Shown one piece after another: positions 48,700-57,759 of a DNA stretch of 64,000 bases. The translations under genes and the position numbers were made by a program. Numbering within the stretch: the first letter of the stretch is position 1; each line of letters opens with the position of its first letter. The notes below the pieces were generated by a model. The model searched no databases. It was not told the origin of the DNA and saw nothing but the letters and a program-made list of their open reading frames with translations. Origin of the DNA: an uncultured Chloroflexia bacterium (GTDB lineage Bacteria > Chloroflexota > Limnocylindria > QHBO01); NCBI GenBank assembly GCA_963825525.1, contig CAWGTN010000002.1, positions 768,001 to 832,000 on the forward strand, given 5' to 3'.

Positions 48700-49953
48700 T
48701 CAGGCCGGACGCGGAACGGCGACGCCCCTGCGCCCGACGAGCAGGATCGTCGCCGCGGGCACGAGCAGTGCGCCCGCCACCAGGGCGAGGGTCGCGTAGG
48801 ACGTCCATGCCAGCACGAATCCTGAGGCCAGGCCGGCGCCCGCGGCCGATGTCCAGATCAGCCCATCGGCGAGGCCCTGGACCCGTGTCCGTTCTCCAAG
48901 CTCCAGCCCGCGCGTCAGCATGGCTGAACCGGCCACGAACCCGAGGTTCCACCCGTAGCCGAGAAGGAACAGGGCCGCGATCAAGAGGATGCTGCTCTCC
49001 GGCGGGCTCACCGCAGCGAGGATCGCCGCGATCAGAAGGATTCCGAGCCCGGCGCCGATGACCGGTGGGCTCCCGAATCGATCGGTCAGGCGGCCGGACA
49101 ATGGCGACAGCGCGAACATTCCGAAGACGTGCGCCGAGAGGACGATCCCGACCGTCCCCAGGCCATGCCCATGCTCGGCGAGGTGCAGTGGCGTCATCGT
49201 CATGATGAGCATCATCACGACCTGGCCGGTCGCCAGGGTCGCGAACGCCACCATGACCGCCGGCCGGCGGATCAGCTCCCTGAGCGGTGCCGACGACGGG
49301 GTGGACGTCCCGGCGATCGGGGTCGAGGCACTCACCAGGCTGAAGGGTTCGGGACGCAGGAAGACGAAGGCGACCAGCAGTGCCAGCCCGATGAAGACCG
49401 CCGTCGTCGCGTACGTGCCGGCCAGCGGCGGAAGCCCCATGGATGCTGCGATCTCGCCTGCCGGCCCCACCAGATTAGGACCTGCCACGGCGCCCACGGT
49501 CGCACCCCAGACAACGAGGCCGATCGTGCTCGCCCGCTTCTCAGGCGGGAACAGGTCGGCGGCCACGTACCGACCCAGCTGGGCCGAGCCGTTGGCGAAC
49601 CCCGCCAGCGCGCTTCCGGCCAGGAGCAGCGGCAACGACGCACCCAACACCCCGACCAGGGCAATTCCACCACCCACCATGCCGATCGTCACGCCGAGCA
49701 ACATGCCGCGCCGACGCCCGACCCGGAGCATGACGATCGAAAGCAGGCTTGCAGCTGCGGCAGTTCCGAGGGTGCTCAGGGCCGTGGGCAGTCCGCCGGA
49801 GGCTGCGCCGCCGGCGATATCCGCGGCCGCCAGCGTCCCGGCAGTGACGGCCGCGAGGTAGCCGGTACTCCCGAGAGCGGAGATCGTGAACAGCGTCCAG
49901 ACGATCCGTCGCCGTGCCGCCACGAGCGGGTCGGAGGTGACGCTCGCAGTCAT
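48700..49953 (-). CDS. MFS transporter
   Basis: About 12 TM segments, RVGRRRG, GRLTDRFG. Confidence 0.92.
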   Translation of the reverse strand: MTASVTSDPLVAARRRIVWTLFTISALGSTGYLAAVTAGTLAAADIAGGAASGGLPTALSTLGTAAAASLLSIVMLRVGRRRGMLLGVTIGMVGGGIALVGVLGASLPLLLAGSALAGFANGSAQLGRYVAADLFPPEKRASTIGLVVWGATVGAVAGPNLVGPAGEIAASMGLPPLAGTYATTAVFIGLALLVAFVFLRPEPFSLVSASTPIAGTSTPSSAPLRELIRRPAVMVAFATLATGQVVMMLIMTMTPLHLAEHGHGLGTVGIVLSAHVFGMFALSPLSGRLTDRFGSPPVIGAGLGILLIAAILAAVSPPESSILLIAALFLLGYGWNLGFVAGSAMLTRGLELGERTRVQGLADGLIWTSAAGAGLASGFVLAWTSYATLALVAGALLVPAATILLVGRRGVAVPRPA

Positions 49954-50807
49954 CCGTTCACGAAGCGTTCGAGAAATTGGCGCGGATACAGCCCGCTCGC
50001 CCGCAGCTCAGCTGCCGCGTCTCTCCCGATCCAGCGGTAATGCCACGGTTCGTACGAGAAGCAGGTCGACGCCTGGCTGCCAGCCGGGTAGCTCATGACG
50101 AAACCATATTCCCATCCGTGCGCCGCCATCCACGCGCCCTCGGGCGATTCGACGGCCCAGTCACCGAACCGTCCACCCCAGCCGGGCGACGACAGGTCCA
50201 GCGCCGTCCCAAGCTGATGTTCCGAGTGACCCGGGCGCGCGCTGCGCGCCAGGGCTGCCGCGTAGCCCAGCCGTGCGACCCAGCTGTTGAAGGTCGAGCT
50301 CTGGCTTCCGTACGACCGATACGCCGAGTCGATGATCACCGTGAGCCCGGCCGCCTTCCACGCCGCGGCCATCGCCGCCAGGTCATCGAGCATGGCAGCC
50401 CGCACGAGCTTGGTACCCGATGCGCCCCCCAGCCCCGCCGCCGACGCGGCCACCAGATCCGGCGGCACATACCCGGCCGGCAACGCGTAGGTCCGATCCA
50501 GGACCACCAGGTTGAGATCAGCGGCCGACGGCGCGGCGAGGTCTCGGTCGACGCAGTGATCGGCGACCAGTGCGGCGCGGAACGACGCGACCATGGCCGG
50601 CTCGGGCGGACGGACGGTTGCGCCCCTGGCCACCACGCGTTCCGGACCGAGTACCGCATCGGGCCTCGGCGATGCTGCCTCGGTGCCCGTCGGAACAATC
50701 GAGGGGTCGAGACGCGGCGATGGCGCGTCGCCGCCGGAGCAGGCGTTCACGACCAATGCCACGGCTATCAGGCCGCTGCCGAGGAAGGAGCGCACGCCGC
50801 GCCTCAT
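49950..50807 (-). CDS. M15B D-Ala-D-Ala carboxypeptidase (VanY-like) lipoprotein
   Basis: NAC lipobox; SAYRS, ARPGHSEHQLGTALD, YEPWHYRW. Confidence 0.9.
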   Translation of the reverse strand: MRRGVRSFLGSGLIAVALVVNACSGGDAPSPRLDPSIVPTGTEAASPRPDAVLGPERVVARGATVRPPEPAMVASFRAALVADHCVDRDLAAPSAADLNLVVLDRTYALPAGYVPPDLVAASAAGLGGASGTKLVRAAMLDDLAAMAAAWKAAGLTVIIDSAYRSYGSQSSTFNSWVARLGYAAALARSARPGHSEHQLGTALDLSSPGWGGRFGDWAVESPEGAWMAAHGWEYGFVMSYPAGSQASTCFSYEPWHYRWIGRDAAAELRASGLYPRQFLERFVNG

Positions 50808-51697
50808 GCCGGCGCCAGGTGCTCGAGGGTCGCCATGTTCTCCGTGGTCCCGTCCGCCGCGAGCGGGATGATCGCCACGTGGTCGGCGCCGGCGGCATGC
50901 ATCAGCCCAATCCTGTCGCGCGCCTCGTCAATGGAGCCGATCGCGACCATCGCCTCGACCAGGCGGTCACTCCCCGGGGGCTCCCAGTCCGTGGCCTCGA
51001 AGCCCTGGAGCTCCCATGATGCCTGGTAGGTGGGCGTTCGCAGGTACGGCCTGAGATAGGCGCGCGCGGCGTCTCGATTGTCAACGTGTCCGATGGCCAC
51101 CGGCAGGGTCACGGCGAGACGCGGACGCGACTCGCCGCCCACCGCGTCGAGTCGGCCCCGCATCCACGCCACCCGCTCCGCGGTGACCAGGTACGGCAGC
51201 GCACCATCGGCTTCGCTGGCGGCCAGGTCGGTCATGCGTTCGCGAAGGGCCGCGAGCATGACCGGCGGCTCGTGCCCGGGATCGGATGACGGTCCGCGAT
51301 AGATTGCCGATCGGTACGCGGCCAGGTATTCGCGCATGCGCGTGAGCGGACGTTCGAAGTGGTGCCCTCGCAGCTTTCCGGCCAGGTGCGGATGACTGAC
51401 GCCCAGGCCCAGCACGAATCGACCGCCGCTTGCCTCCGCCAGTGTTCCGGCCGCCATCCGGGTCGTCTGGGCGTCGCGGCCCCAGATGCTCACGATGCTC
51501 GTCGCCAGGATGATGCGGTCGGTTCCCCCCGCGAGAAGGGCCAGCAGAGCGATCGGCTCGCGGCCGACGGTCTCGGGAACCCAGAGCGTCCCGTACCCCA
51601 GCGCCTCCGCCCGCTGGACGTACGCCGTCGCGTCGGCAGCGTTGAGCGAGTCGAGGTGACCCCACACGCCGAGCGTCCCGAGATCGAAGTCCGTCAT
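50804..51697 (-). CDS. LLM-class oxidoreductase, probably F420-dependent
   Basis: EALGYGTLW, GGRFVLGLGVSH, AGADHV. Confidence 0.8.
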   Translation of the reverse strand: MTDFDLGTLGVWGHLDSLNAADATAYVQRAEALGYGTLWVPETVGREPIALLALLAGGTDRIILATSIVSIWGRDAQTTRMAAGTLAEASGGRFVLGLGVSHPHLAGKLRGHHFERPLTRMREYLAAYRSAIYRGPSSDPGHEPPVMLAALRERMTDLAASEADGALPYLVTAERVAWMRGRLDAVGGESRPRLAVTLPVAIGHVDNRDAARAYLRPYLRTPTYQASWELQGFEATDWEPPGSDRLVEAMVAIGSIDEARDRIGLMHAAGADHVAIIPLAADGTTENMATLEHLAPA

Positions 51698-52479
51698 GAG
51701 CCGATGCTAGCCGCAGCCTCGAATCGGTAACGGAGAAAGAGCTCGCTCTCGTGCCGCAGGACACTCGTCAAGCGGCCCGTGCGCGGAGTGCCGGCGAACG
51801 GCGATGCCGGACGAATCGGCGCGATCATGGACAAAGCATCGGTCCCCAGCAGATGCGCCCCGACGGTCCAATACACCTCGTCGATGAGGTCGGCGGCGAG
51901 GAACGAAGCATTCAGCCCGGGACCACCTTCCAGCAGCAGGGAGCGGACGCCACGCTCGGCTAGGACGGCCAGCACCTCGGCCGGTTCGGGTCGCTCGCCC
52001 GCAACCCGGATGAGCTCAGTGCCGGCCGGGGCATGGTGGACCGGACTTTCGGCGCCGACCACCAGCAGGCGCGGCTCATCGCCCTCGAACCACGATGCCT
52101 CCAGGGGCACGGGACCACCGCCGGCAATCACGATGCCGATGGGATTCGGCGTTCGGCCGAGGGCCTCACGCCGTTCGGCGAGGTCGTTCCCGACTCGCAG
52201 CCATATCCCGGTTGCCCGCAGCGTTCCGACTCCGCTGCCCACGGCGTCGAAGGCGGCGCGATAGAGGCGCATGAGTCGCCGATCGGCGCGGCTGCCCAGA
52301 CCCTCCGCCGTGCCGTTGAGCTGAGCCCGCCCGTCGATGCTCGTCACCATATTGATGGCGACGGACGGCCGTCCGGGTGGGGCCGCCGGCGGCACGAAAT
52401 CGGCCATGACGGCATCGAGGTCCTGGTCCGCCGACGGATCCGGCCAGAGTCGATCGACTCGGTATCGGTGAGGCTGCAT
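51694..52479 (-). CDS. RibD C-terminal / dihydrofolate reductase family protein
   Basis: NMVTSIDG, GVGTLRA, LLLEGGP.LN, DLIDE. Confidence 0.85.
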   Translation of the reverse strand: MQPHRYRVDRLWPDPSADQDLDAVMADFVPPAAPPGRPSVAINMVTSIDGRAQLNGTAEGLGSRADRRLMRLYRAAFDAVGSGVGTLRATGIWLRVGNDLAERREALGRTPNPIGIVIAGGGPVPLEASWFEGDEPRLLVVGAESPVHHAPAGTELIRVAGERPEPAEVLAVLAERGVRSLLLEGGPGLNASFLAADLIDEVYWTVGAHLLGTDALSMIAPIRPASPFAGTPRTGRLTSVLRHESELFLRYRFEAAASIGS

Positions 52480-52489
52480 CGAGCCGATG

Positions 52490-52903
52490 CTAGACCGGGC
52501 GGTGCTCCTCTGCCGCCGCCAGCTGCTCCTCGTCCCACGCAATGTGGACGTTCGACGATGTGAGTCGAGTCACGGAGTCCGCCGGGACCACGTGGACCTT
52601 GCCGTCCCGATAGGACGTGACGGCAACGCCATGAAAGATGTTCTCGGTCTCGGTCCCCAGCATCTCGCTGACGCGGCCCAGCTCCTCGCCGGCCGGTCCC
52701 ACGACAAGGGTGTCTGCCTCGACATACGCCCAGGCGACCGGGTCGTCGGGCCCGGGGAGATCGAGCTCCGCGGCCTCCGGCTCACCCGAGCCACCGGTGT
52801 TGCCCGCGCTGTCGCCAGGCGGCAGTCGGTCCTGGTCCGGATCGAGGCCGCCCTTCATGCCCGGGTCATCGATGGCCCCTGGCTGCCGATCAAAATCGTT
52901 CAT
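52490..52903 (-). CDS. hypothetical protein, PRC-barrel-like
   Basis: Acidic N-terminus; VVGPAGEELGRVSEMLG..IFHGVAV..HVVPADSV. Confidence 0.6.
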   Translation of the reverse strand: MNDFDRQPGAIDDPGMKGGLDPDQDRLPPGDSAGNTGGSGEPEAAELDLPGPDDPVAWAYVEADTLVVGPAGEELGRVSEMLGTETENIFHGVAVTSYRDGKVHVVPADSVTRLTSSNVHIAWDEEQLAAAEEHRPV

Positions 52904-52940
52904 GCCTCCACCCTATCGCACGTCGGATGCCCGATACGAC

Positions 52941-53861
52941 CTACAGCACGAAGGGTGGGGTAAATCCGAGATATCGGTCGAACTGTCCGAATGGGCGGCT
53001 GGCCATGAGCAGGGTGAGGAACGGGTCGACTCGGAAGCCGCGGCCCAGCAGGTGACGCATTGCCACGATGTTGGGTGCGGGCACCTCGAACCCGAGGCTC
53101 TCACGGCCCATTGCCACGGCGCGCCCCTCGAGATGGAGCAGCACATCGGGCTGGTGATGGGGCTCCAGGGCCGCGATCGGCCCGACCCCGTCCGCGCCGA
53201 TGAAGGCAAATGCGGCCGGGCGGCCGTCCGGGCTCAGATAGACGTAACCCTCCCGCCGCGCCAGGATCCAGTCGAGCTCGCCACCGCGATCAGCACCAAG
53301 CACCGCGCGTTCGATCTCCATGACGGTAGCGAGCGACGCGGGCCCGCTCTGTGCCTCGATCAGGACGGGCGACAGGGCGTCGGCCGGCGGTGATCCATCG
53401 GTTCGCGGCTCCCCGGTGAATCCGATGATCGGGAACTGGATGGCGGTGCCGGCACGAAGATAGCGGGCCAGCGCCCGAACGTCGGCGGTGGCAATGATGA
53501 GGCGCACTTCGCCACGGTCGACCGGAAACGCGCGTTCGAGCAGCTGCCGGCCGATGCCAGCCGATTGTCGGTCGACGCGCACAAAGAACTCCGTGAGCTC
53601 GAACAGCCCCCCGCGCTCCAGCGAGCGGGCGTATCCGAGCAGGCCCTCGCCGCCGTGACCCTCGGCCACCCACCACTCCGCGGCAATGTCAGCCAGGTGC
53701 TGGTAGAGCGCCTCGAAACGGGGCCATGCCTCCTCGGCGGTGCCGTCCCAGGCTGTGCCGAGCCGCACGGCGAGATCCTGGATGGAGCCCCAGAAGAGGG
53801 CGAAGCAATCGAACGAGTCGTTGCGGTTCCCTGGGCGCAGATGGGGAAGCTCCGCGGACAT
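52941..53861 (-). CDS. GNAT family N-acetyltransferase (two-domain)
   Basis: EFFVRVDRQSAGIGRQLL, ARYLRAG. Confidence 0.75.
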   Translation of the reverse strand: MSAELPHLRPGNRNDSFDCFALFWGSIQDLAVRLGTAWDGTAEEAWPRFEALYQHLADIAAEWWVAEGHGGEGLLGYARSLERGGLFELTEFFVRVDRQSAGIGRQLLERAFPVDRGEVRLIIATADVRALARYLRAGTAIQFPIIGFTGEPRTDGSPPADALSPVLIEAQSGPASLATVMEIERAVLGADRGGELDWILARREGYVYLSPDGRPAAFAFIGADGVGPIAALEPHHQPDVLLHLEGRAVAMGRESLGFEVPAPNIVAMRHLLGRGFRVDPFLTLLMASRPFGQFDRYLGFTPPFVL

Positions 53862-53920
53862 TGGAGGCCTCGCTAGCGACTGCTGACCGCCGGATCGTAC
53901 TCCGCAGGTTCCGCGCGATC

Positions 53921-54175
53921 TCAGTCGTACAGGCGCTCGAGATGCCAGGTGCCGCGAATCTCGTCGAGGAAGATCGTGCACAGCAGGCCCGAACGGGTGA
54001 CGACCTTGAAGCAGGCGCGTGCCACCGGCTCGCGCCACCAGGCATCGTCGACCCGCCAGCGGTTGCAGATGCCGAGCTCGCCATGGTCGGTGCCGTCCAT
54101 TTTCAGGCGGACCGGCACGCCGGTGGCATCGGTCTCGACCTGGACCAGCGGGAGATCGGGATAGCGTCGAGTCAT
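53921..54175 (-). CDS. 84-aa mutasome-associated protein (DUF6504-like), resembling an ImuB C-terminal domain
   Basis: WRVDDAWW...RACFKV...WHLERLYD; ATGA overlap with the imuB stop. Confidence 0.75.
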   Translation of the reverse strand: MTRRYPDLPLVQVETDATGVPVRLKMDGTDHGELGICNRWRVDDAWWREPVARACFKVVTRSGLLCTIFLDEIRGTWHLERLYD

Positions 54176-55287
54176 GCGCCGATATCCACCAGCTGCGACC
54201 GATGCTCGGGTAGCGCCGCGGTCGGGCGGTCCGCGGTGGCTCGCCACAGGCGCCCCTCTCCGAACCGATGCCGCATCCGTTCGAGCGACCAGCGCAGCTC
54301 CTCCCAGCGAGCGGCGCGGGCCTCGAAGGCGGGAAGCTGGCTGGTCGACGGGTCGCTCAGACGATCCAACGCGAGGAGCATCGCGACGACCCGGGGCTCG
54401 GCAACCTCCTCTTCCGGCTGAAATTGCCCCGGAGCGGGACTGACGGCCACCTTGGGCAGACGGAGCCGGGCCGCTGCCTCGAGGCGGGAGAGCAGCAGCC
54501 GCGCGATCCAGTCCGGCTCGAGGGCCGGCTGGGGGAAGGGCTGGGCGACGTGCAGTGCCGGTGCGTCCTCCAGGGTGAGGCGCAGGACCGCGCGGCCGGG
54601 CGCCACGTGCCGATCACGCAGGCGGTCGCACAGCTCGGCCGCCAGGCGCCGAAGCGTCAGGCTCACGGCACCGATCCCGTCGAGCGGCGTCTCGAACGAG
54701 ATGCGGGCCTCCACGCGTTCCGGGCGCCGGCGCGGCACGATCGGCCGCGGGTCATGGCCGCGAGCCAGGGCCTGGAGCCGCTCCCCCACCACGCCGAACT
54801 GGGAACCGACCGCGGAGCGCGGCAGATCGGCGAGCTGGCGCATGCGGGTCAGCCCGAAGAGCGCAAAGCGCTGTCGCATCGCCGGATCGGCGGGCAACAG
54901 GGTCAATGGCAGGTCGGTGAGCTCCTCGCGTTCGAGCGTGCGAAACGCGGCCGGGGCTTCGGGACGTTCGAATCGGGCAAGGCGCGCGGCGAGCGACGCC
55001 AGCCAGCGGTTGTCACCGATGCCGCAGCGGGTGCGCAGTGGGGCCACCGATCGCGCGAGCATCACGGCCCGAGCCGCGATCCTTCGTTCCGGCCCCCACA
55101 TCGGCTGGAGGCCGGTGATATCCACGAGCGCGACACCGGTATCCACGGCCTCAATGCGCGGGGAGAGGTCGTCGAGCGCATCGAGGATTCGCTCGAACGG
55201 CCGCGCGTCCGCATCGGCGCTGCGGAGGTCGGGCCAGACGAGAGCCAGGAGACGAGTCACGACGGCGAGTCGTCGATCGCTTCCCAT
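54172..55287 (-). CDS. imuB: ImuB-like inactive Y-family polymerase homolog
   Basis: SPRIE..G.ALVDITG, GIGDNRWLASLAAR, GLTRMRQLADLPRSAV..FG, QLPAF; alternative GTG at 55260. Confidence 0.8.
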   Translation of the reverse strand: MGSDRRLAVVTRLLALVWPDLRSADADARPFERILDALDDLSPRIEAVDTGVALVDITGLQPMWGPERRIAARAVMLARSVAPLRTRCGIGDNRWLASLAARLARFERPEAPAAFRTLEREELTDLPLTLLPADPAMRQRFALFGLTRMRQLADLPRSAVGSQFGVVGERLQALARGHDPRPIVPRRRPERVEARISFETPLDGIGAVSLTLRRLAAELCDRLRDRHVAPGRAVLRLTLEDAPALHVAQPFPQPALEPDWIARLLLSRLEAAARLRLPKVAVSPAPGQFQPEEEVAEPRVVAMLLALDRLSDPSTSQLPAFEARAARWEELRWSLERMRHRFGEGRLWRATADRPTAALPEHRSQLVDIGA

Positions 55288-55303
55288 GGGGTGGGCGCAG
55301 GCA

Positions 55304-56095
55304 TCACGCGCTCACCACCCGGAGTGCGGGGCGGGCTTCTGACACCGGCTGCGGGCGAGCCAACGTGACGAGGAGTGGATCGATGCGCCGGCCCTCGCCG
55401 AAGAAGAGGTCCAGCTCCGCGGATCCACCGGCCAGCGCCCATCGATGACGCTCCACGGTTGCGCTCACGCGCTGACCGACGAGGTCACGACCGACGGTCA
55501 GCCAGGCAGTGCGCCGAAGCAATACCCGGACCCCGACCGCCACCCCGGCCACCGTGCGCCCGGCCGGGGCCAGGACGATCGCCGAGGTGCTGCCCGAACG
55601 CGCCAGCAGCGAGCCGAGCCGATCCAGCGCGCGACGCTCCGGCATCGAACGCTCCCCGAGGTCGAGGACCAGCGCATCGATCAGGCCCGAGCGCCCCAGC
55701 CAGGCCGCCAGCTCGATCGCCTCGGCGGGATCACGCGGGCGCACGACAAGGAGCCACTCGAGGCTCAGCCCGAGGCGCGCGGCCACGGCCAGGTCGAGGG
55801 TGCCGTCGAGATCGAGCCAGGCCGTCAGCCCCCCGGCGGCCTGCGCAGCGACCAGCGAGGTCAATGCCAGCGTGCTTCCCCCGCCCCCCACGGGCGCGTC
55901 CAGGAATGCCAGCGCACCGCGTGGCCAGCCCCCGGTTCCGAGCGCGGCATCGAGCGACGCATGCCCGCTCGAGACCGATGGACGCGCCTGCTCCGGCATC
56001 GGCGCATCACTGCCGCGGCGCAGCCCGAGGCCGCGTTCGCGGAGGGCCTCGAGGGCGTTGGCCAGGGATGGCGTAACGGCGGTATCGGTCAGCAT
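55304..56095 (-). CDS. ImuA'-like RecA paralog with degenerate Walker A
   Basis: SSGHASLDAALGTGGWPRG, AWLD, AARLGL..LLVVRP, LVLD; Walker A reads APVGGGGST (no Lys). Confidence 0.8.
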   Translation of the reverse strand: MLTDTAVTPSLANALEALRERGLGLRRGSDAPMPEQARPSVSSGHASLDAALGTGGWPRGALAFLDAPVGGGGSTLALTSLVAAQAAGGLTAWLDLDGTLDLAVAARLGLSLEWLLVVRPRDPAEAIELAAWLGRSGLIDALVLDLGERSMPERRALDRLGSLLARSGSTSAIVLAPAGRTVAGVAVGVRVLLRRTAWLTVGRDLVGQRVSATVERHRWALAGGSAELDLFFGEGRRIDPLLVTLARPQPVSEARPALRVVSA

Positions 56096-56109
56096 CGGAC
56101 CATGGATGA

Positions 56110-56125
56110 TAGAACAGATGTTCTA
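56110..56125. promoter_or_regulatory. LexA (SOS) box upstream of imuA'-imuB, overlapping a TATCAT -10
   Basis: TAGAAC-AGAT-GTTCTA. Confidence 0.9.
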
Positions 56126-56149
56126 GTTGGGGAAGGTCCGAAATCCCTT

Positions 56150-56158
56150 TGCTATACT
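56150..56158 (+). promoter_or_regulatory. extended -10 promoter of tRNA-Ala
   Basis: TGcTATACT 26 nt upstream of the tRNA. Confidence 0.6.
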
Positions 56159-56184
56159 CGCCGCCGGTCCCGCACCGTCCGTTT

Positions 56185-56260
56185 GGGGATGTAGCTCAGC
56201 TGGGAGAGCACTGCGTTCGCATCGCAGGGGTCAGGGGTTCGAGTCCCCTCATCTCCACCA
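56185..56260 (+). tRNA. tRNA-Ala (anticodon CGC)
   Basis: 76 nt; acceptor GGGGATG/CATCTCC with G3:U70; anticodon arm CTGCG-TTCGCAT-CGCAG; GTTCGA T-loop; encoded CCA. Confidence 0.98.
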
Positions 56261-56314
56261 CCTCCTGCCTCCTCTGCGTGGGAGTCGCTCGCGGGTCTCA
56301 TTCACGGCCCCCCC

Positions 56315-56492
56315 CTCGAAATATCGGCTGAACTTCACGGGAGTGCGGTTCTGGGTGCCGATCTCGCGATATATCGAGTGTCGGCGTGCGGGAAGCGCAC
56401 CACGGCGGGCTGCTCACGCTGCGAGACACTCGACATTTCGCGGGAACGACGCGCCAATGAGCCTTCCGGTGAAATCCACTCGATCAATCGAG
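56315..56492. repeat. long degenerate inverted repeat downstream of tRNA-Ala
   Basis: 68-nt arms 56315-56382 and 56425-56492 align ungapped at 46/68 by hand count; inner CGCGATATATCGAGTGTC/GACACTCGACATTTCGCG matches 16/18. Confidence 0.7.
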
Positions 56493-56504
56493 AGTCTGCA
56501 AAGG

Positions 56505-56561
56505 CCGCCACCTCACGCCCGCCACCTCACGCCCGCCACCTCACGCCCGGCCACCCGACGC
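56505..56561 (+). repeat. 14-bp tandem repeat
   Basis: CCGCCACCTCACGC three times exactly, plus one degenerate copy. Confidence 0.85.
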
Positions 56562-56695
56562 CCGACCCCCCACGGCTGCGCGCTGCGCCACACGCTCGGC
56601 ACGCGGCCGTCGGATCTTCGCTTTCGCACGAGCAACATCCACCCGGGACCAGGCGTCTCAGGGCCGATCCACGCGTCACACGGAGTTCTCCGCCC

Positions 56696-57094
56696 ATGGT
56701 CCGAACGCTGGTCAGCGCTGCCGCCGTGTGCATCGCGTCCTGGCTGGGTCTTCTCGTCGGCGCCGGCAACGTCGGCCTTCAGCGCTCCGTGTCGATCGGG
56801 CCGCTGACGCTCTTCGAGCACCCGCTCGCCATCGTGCTGGCCAGCGGGATGGCCTTCGTGATGGCGTTCGCGGCGACCGCGCTGCGCAGATCGAGCCACC
56901 CTCGGCCCCGAGGTCTCGTTGCCGCCGTCCTGGCCGGAGACACGTTGGGAGCCGTCGTGATCGCGCCGCTGGCAGTGGGCGAGCTGACGCCGATCAACGC
57001 CCCGGCGATCTTCGTCGCTCTTGCCGTCCTCGGGCTGCAGCCACTCGCCACGCTTGCCGGCGCGACTGTGCCGCGCGTGCTGCGTCCCGCCTGA
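56696..57094 (+). CDS. hypothetical membrane protein
   Basis: About 4 hydrophobic segments; SD GGAG. Confidence 0.6.
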   Translation: MVRTLVSAAAVCIASWLGLLVGAGNVGLQRSVSIGPLTLFEHPLAIVLASGMAFVMAFAATALRRSSHPRPRGLVAAVLAGDTLGAVVIAPLAVGELTPINAPAIFVALAVLGLQPLATLAGATVPRVLRPA

Positions 57095-57102
57095 CCACCG
57101 TC

Positions 57103-57639
57103 ATGCGGCCATGGTTCGTGCTGCTTGTTCTCACGGCGTGCAGCGGCGTCCAACCATCGCCACCGGCCTCGAACGCCGCGGGGGAGTGGCTCAGGTGTGA
57201 CGGCGACGAATGGTCGGTCCAGTACCCGCCGGAGTGGGTCGTTCACGAGGCCGATGAGGCGCGCGATCTGGCCGTCTGCGCCCTGTTCGCGCGCGAGCCC
57301 TTCCAGGCTGAGCCGGAGGACGACTGGGGATGGAGCGGCGCGCAGATCGTCCTCGGTCTCAAGGCGGGCTGCCGCGGCTCGTTCGAGGTATCAACGTCCG
57401 AGGAAGAGATCGAGATCGAAGGCTTCCCGGCATGGCGCCGAGCACTCCGCGACGGGCATCTCGACGACGGTCCGCCAACCGCCTACGAGTACTTCATCAA
57501 CCTGAGTCCGGGTGAGGAGTGCGAGGTTGGACGGTGGTTCTACGGTCGCACCGAGGGCGACGACCCAGGCGACTTCGAGGAGAACCGCGTGGTCCTGGAC
57601 GCGATGATGGCCACGCTGAGCCTGCGAAACGCCGATTAG
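57103..57639 (+). CDS. hypothetical lipoprotein
   Basis: MRPWFVLLVLTAC lipobox; SVQYPPEW...LDAMMATL. Confidence 0.65.
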   Translation: MRPWFVLLVLTACSGVQPSPPASNAAGEWLRCDGDEWSVQYPPEWVVHEADEARDLAVCALFAREPFQAEPEDDWGWSGAQIVLGLKAGCRGSFEVSTSEEEIEIEGFPAWRRALRDGHLDDGPPTAYEYFINLSPGEECEVGRWFYGRTEGDDPGDFEENRVVLDAMMATLSLRNAD

Positions 57640-57759
57640 GGCACCTCTGTCAGCAAGGTGACGAAACCTGCCGCGAGTTGCGCACTGCACGTACGATGGT
57701 GAATGGCCCGCCCGGGCCGGCGACCAAGCGAGGTCGTTCTGACAGGGAGGTTTTCCAAC

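Noticed and set aside
55304-56095. Bona fide recA
   Set aside because: Only 263 aa, Walker A lysine missing, and the imuB context indicates an ImuA'-type paralog
56505-56561. CRISPR array
   Set aside because: 14-bp units are directly adjacent with no spacers, and there are no cas genes
56185-57639. Genomic island integrated at tRNA-Ala
   Set aside because: No integrase or phage genes, and no duplicated tRNA 3' end was seen in the window
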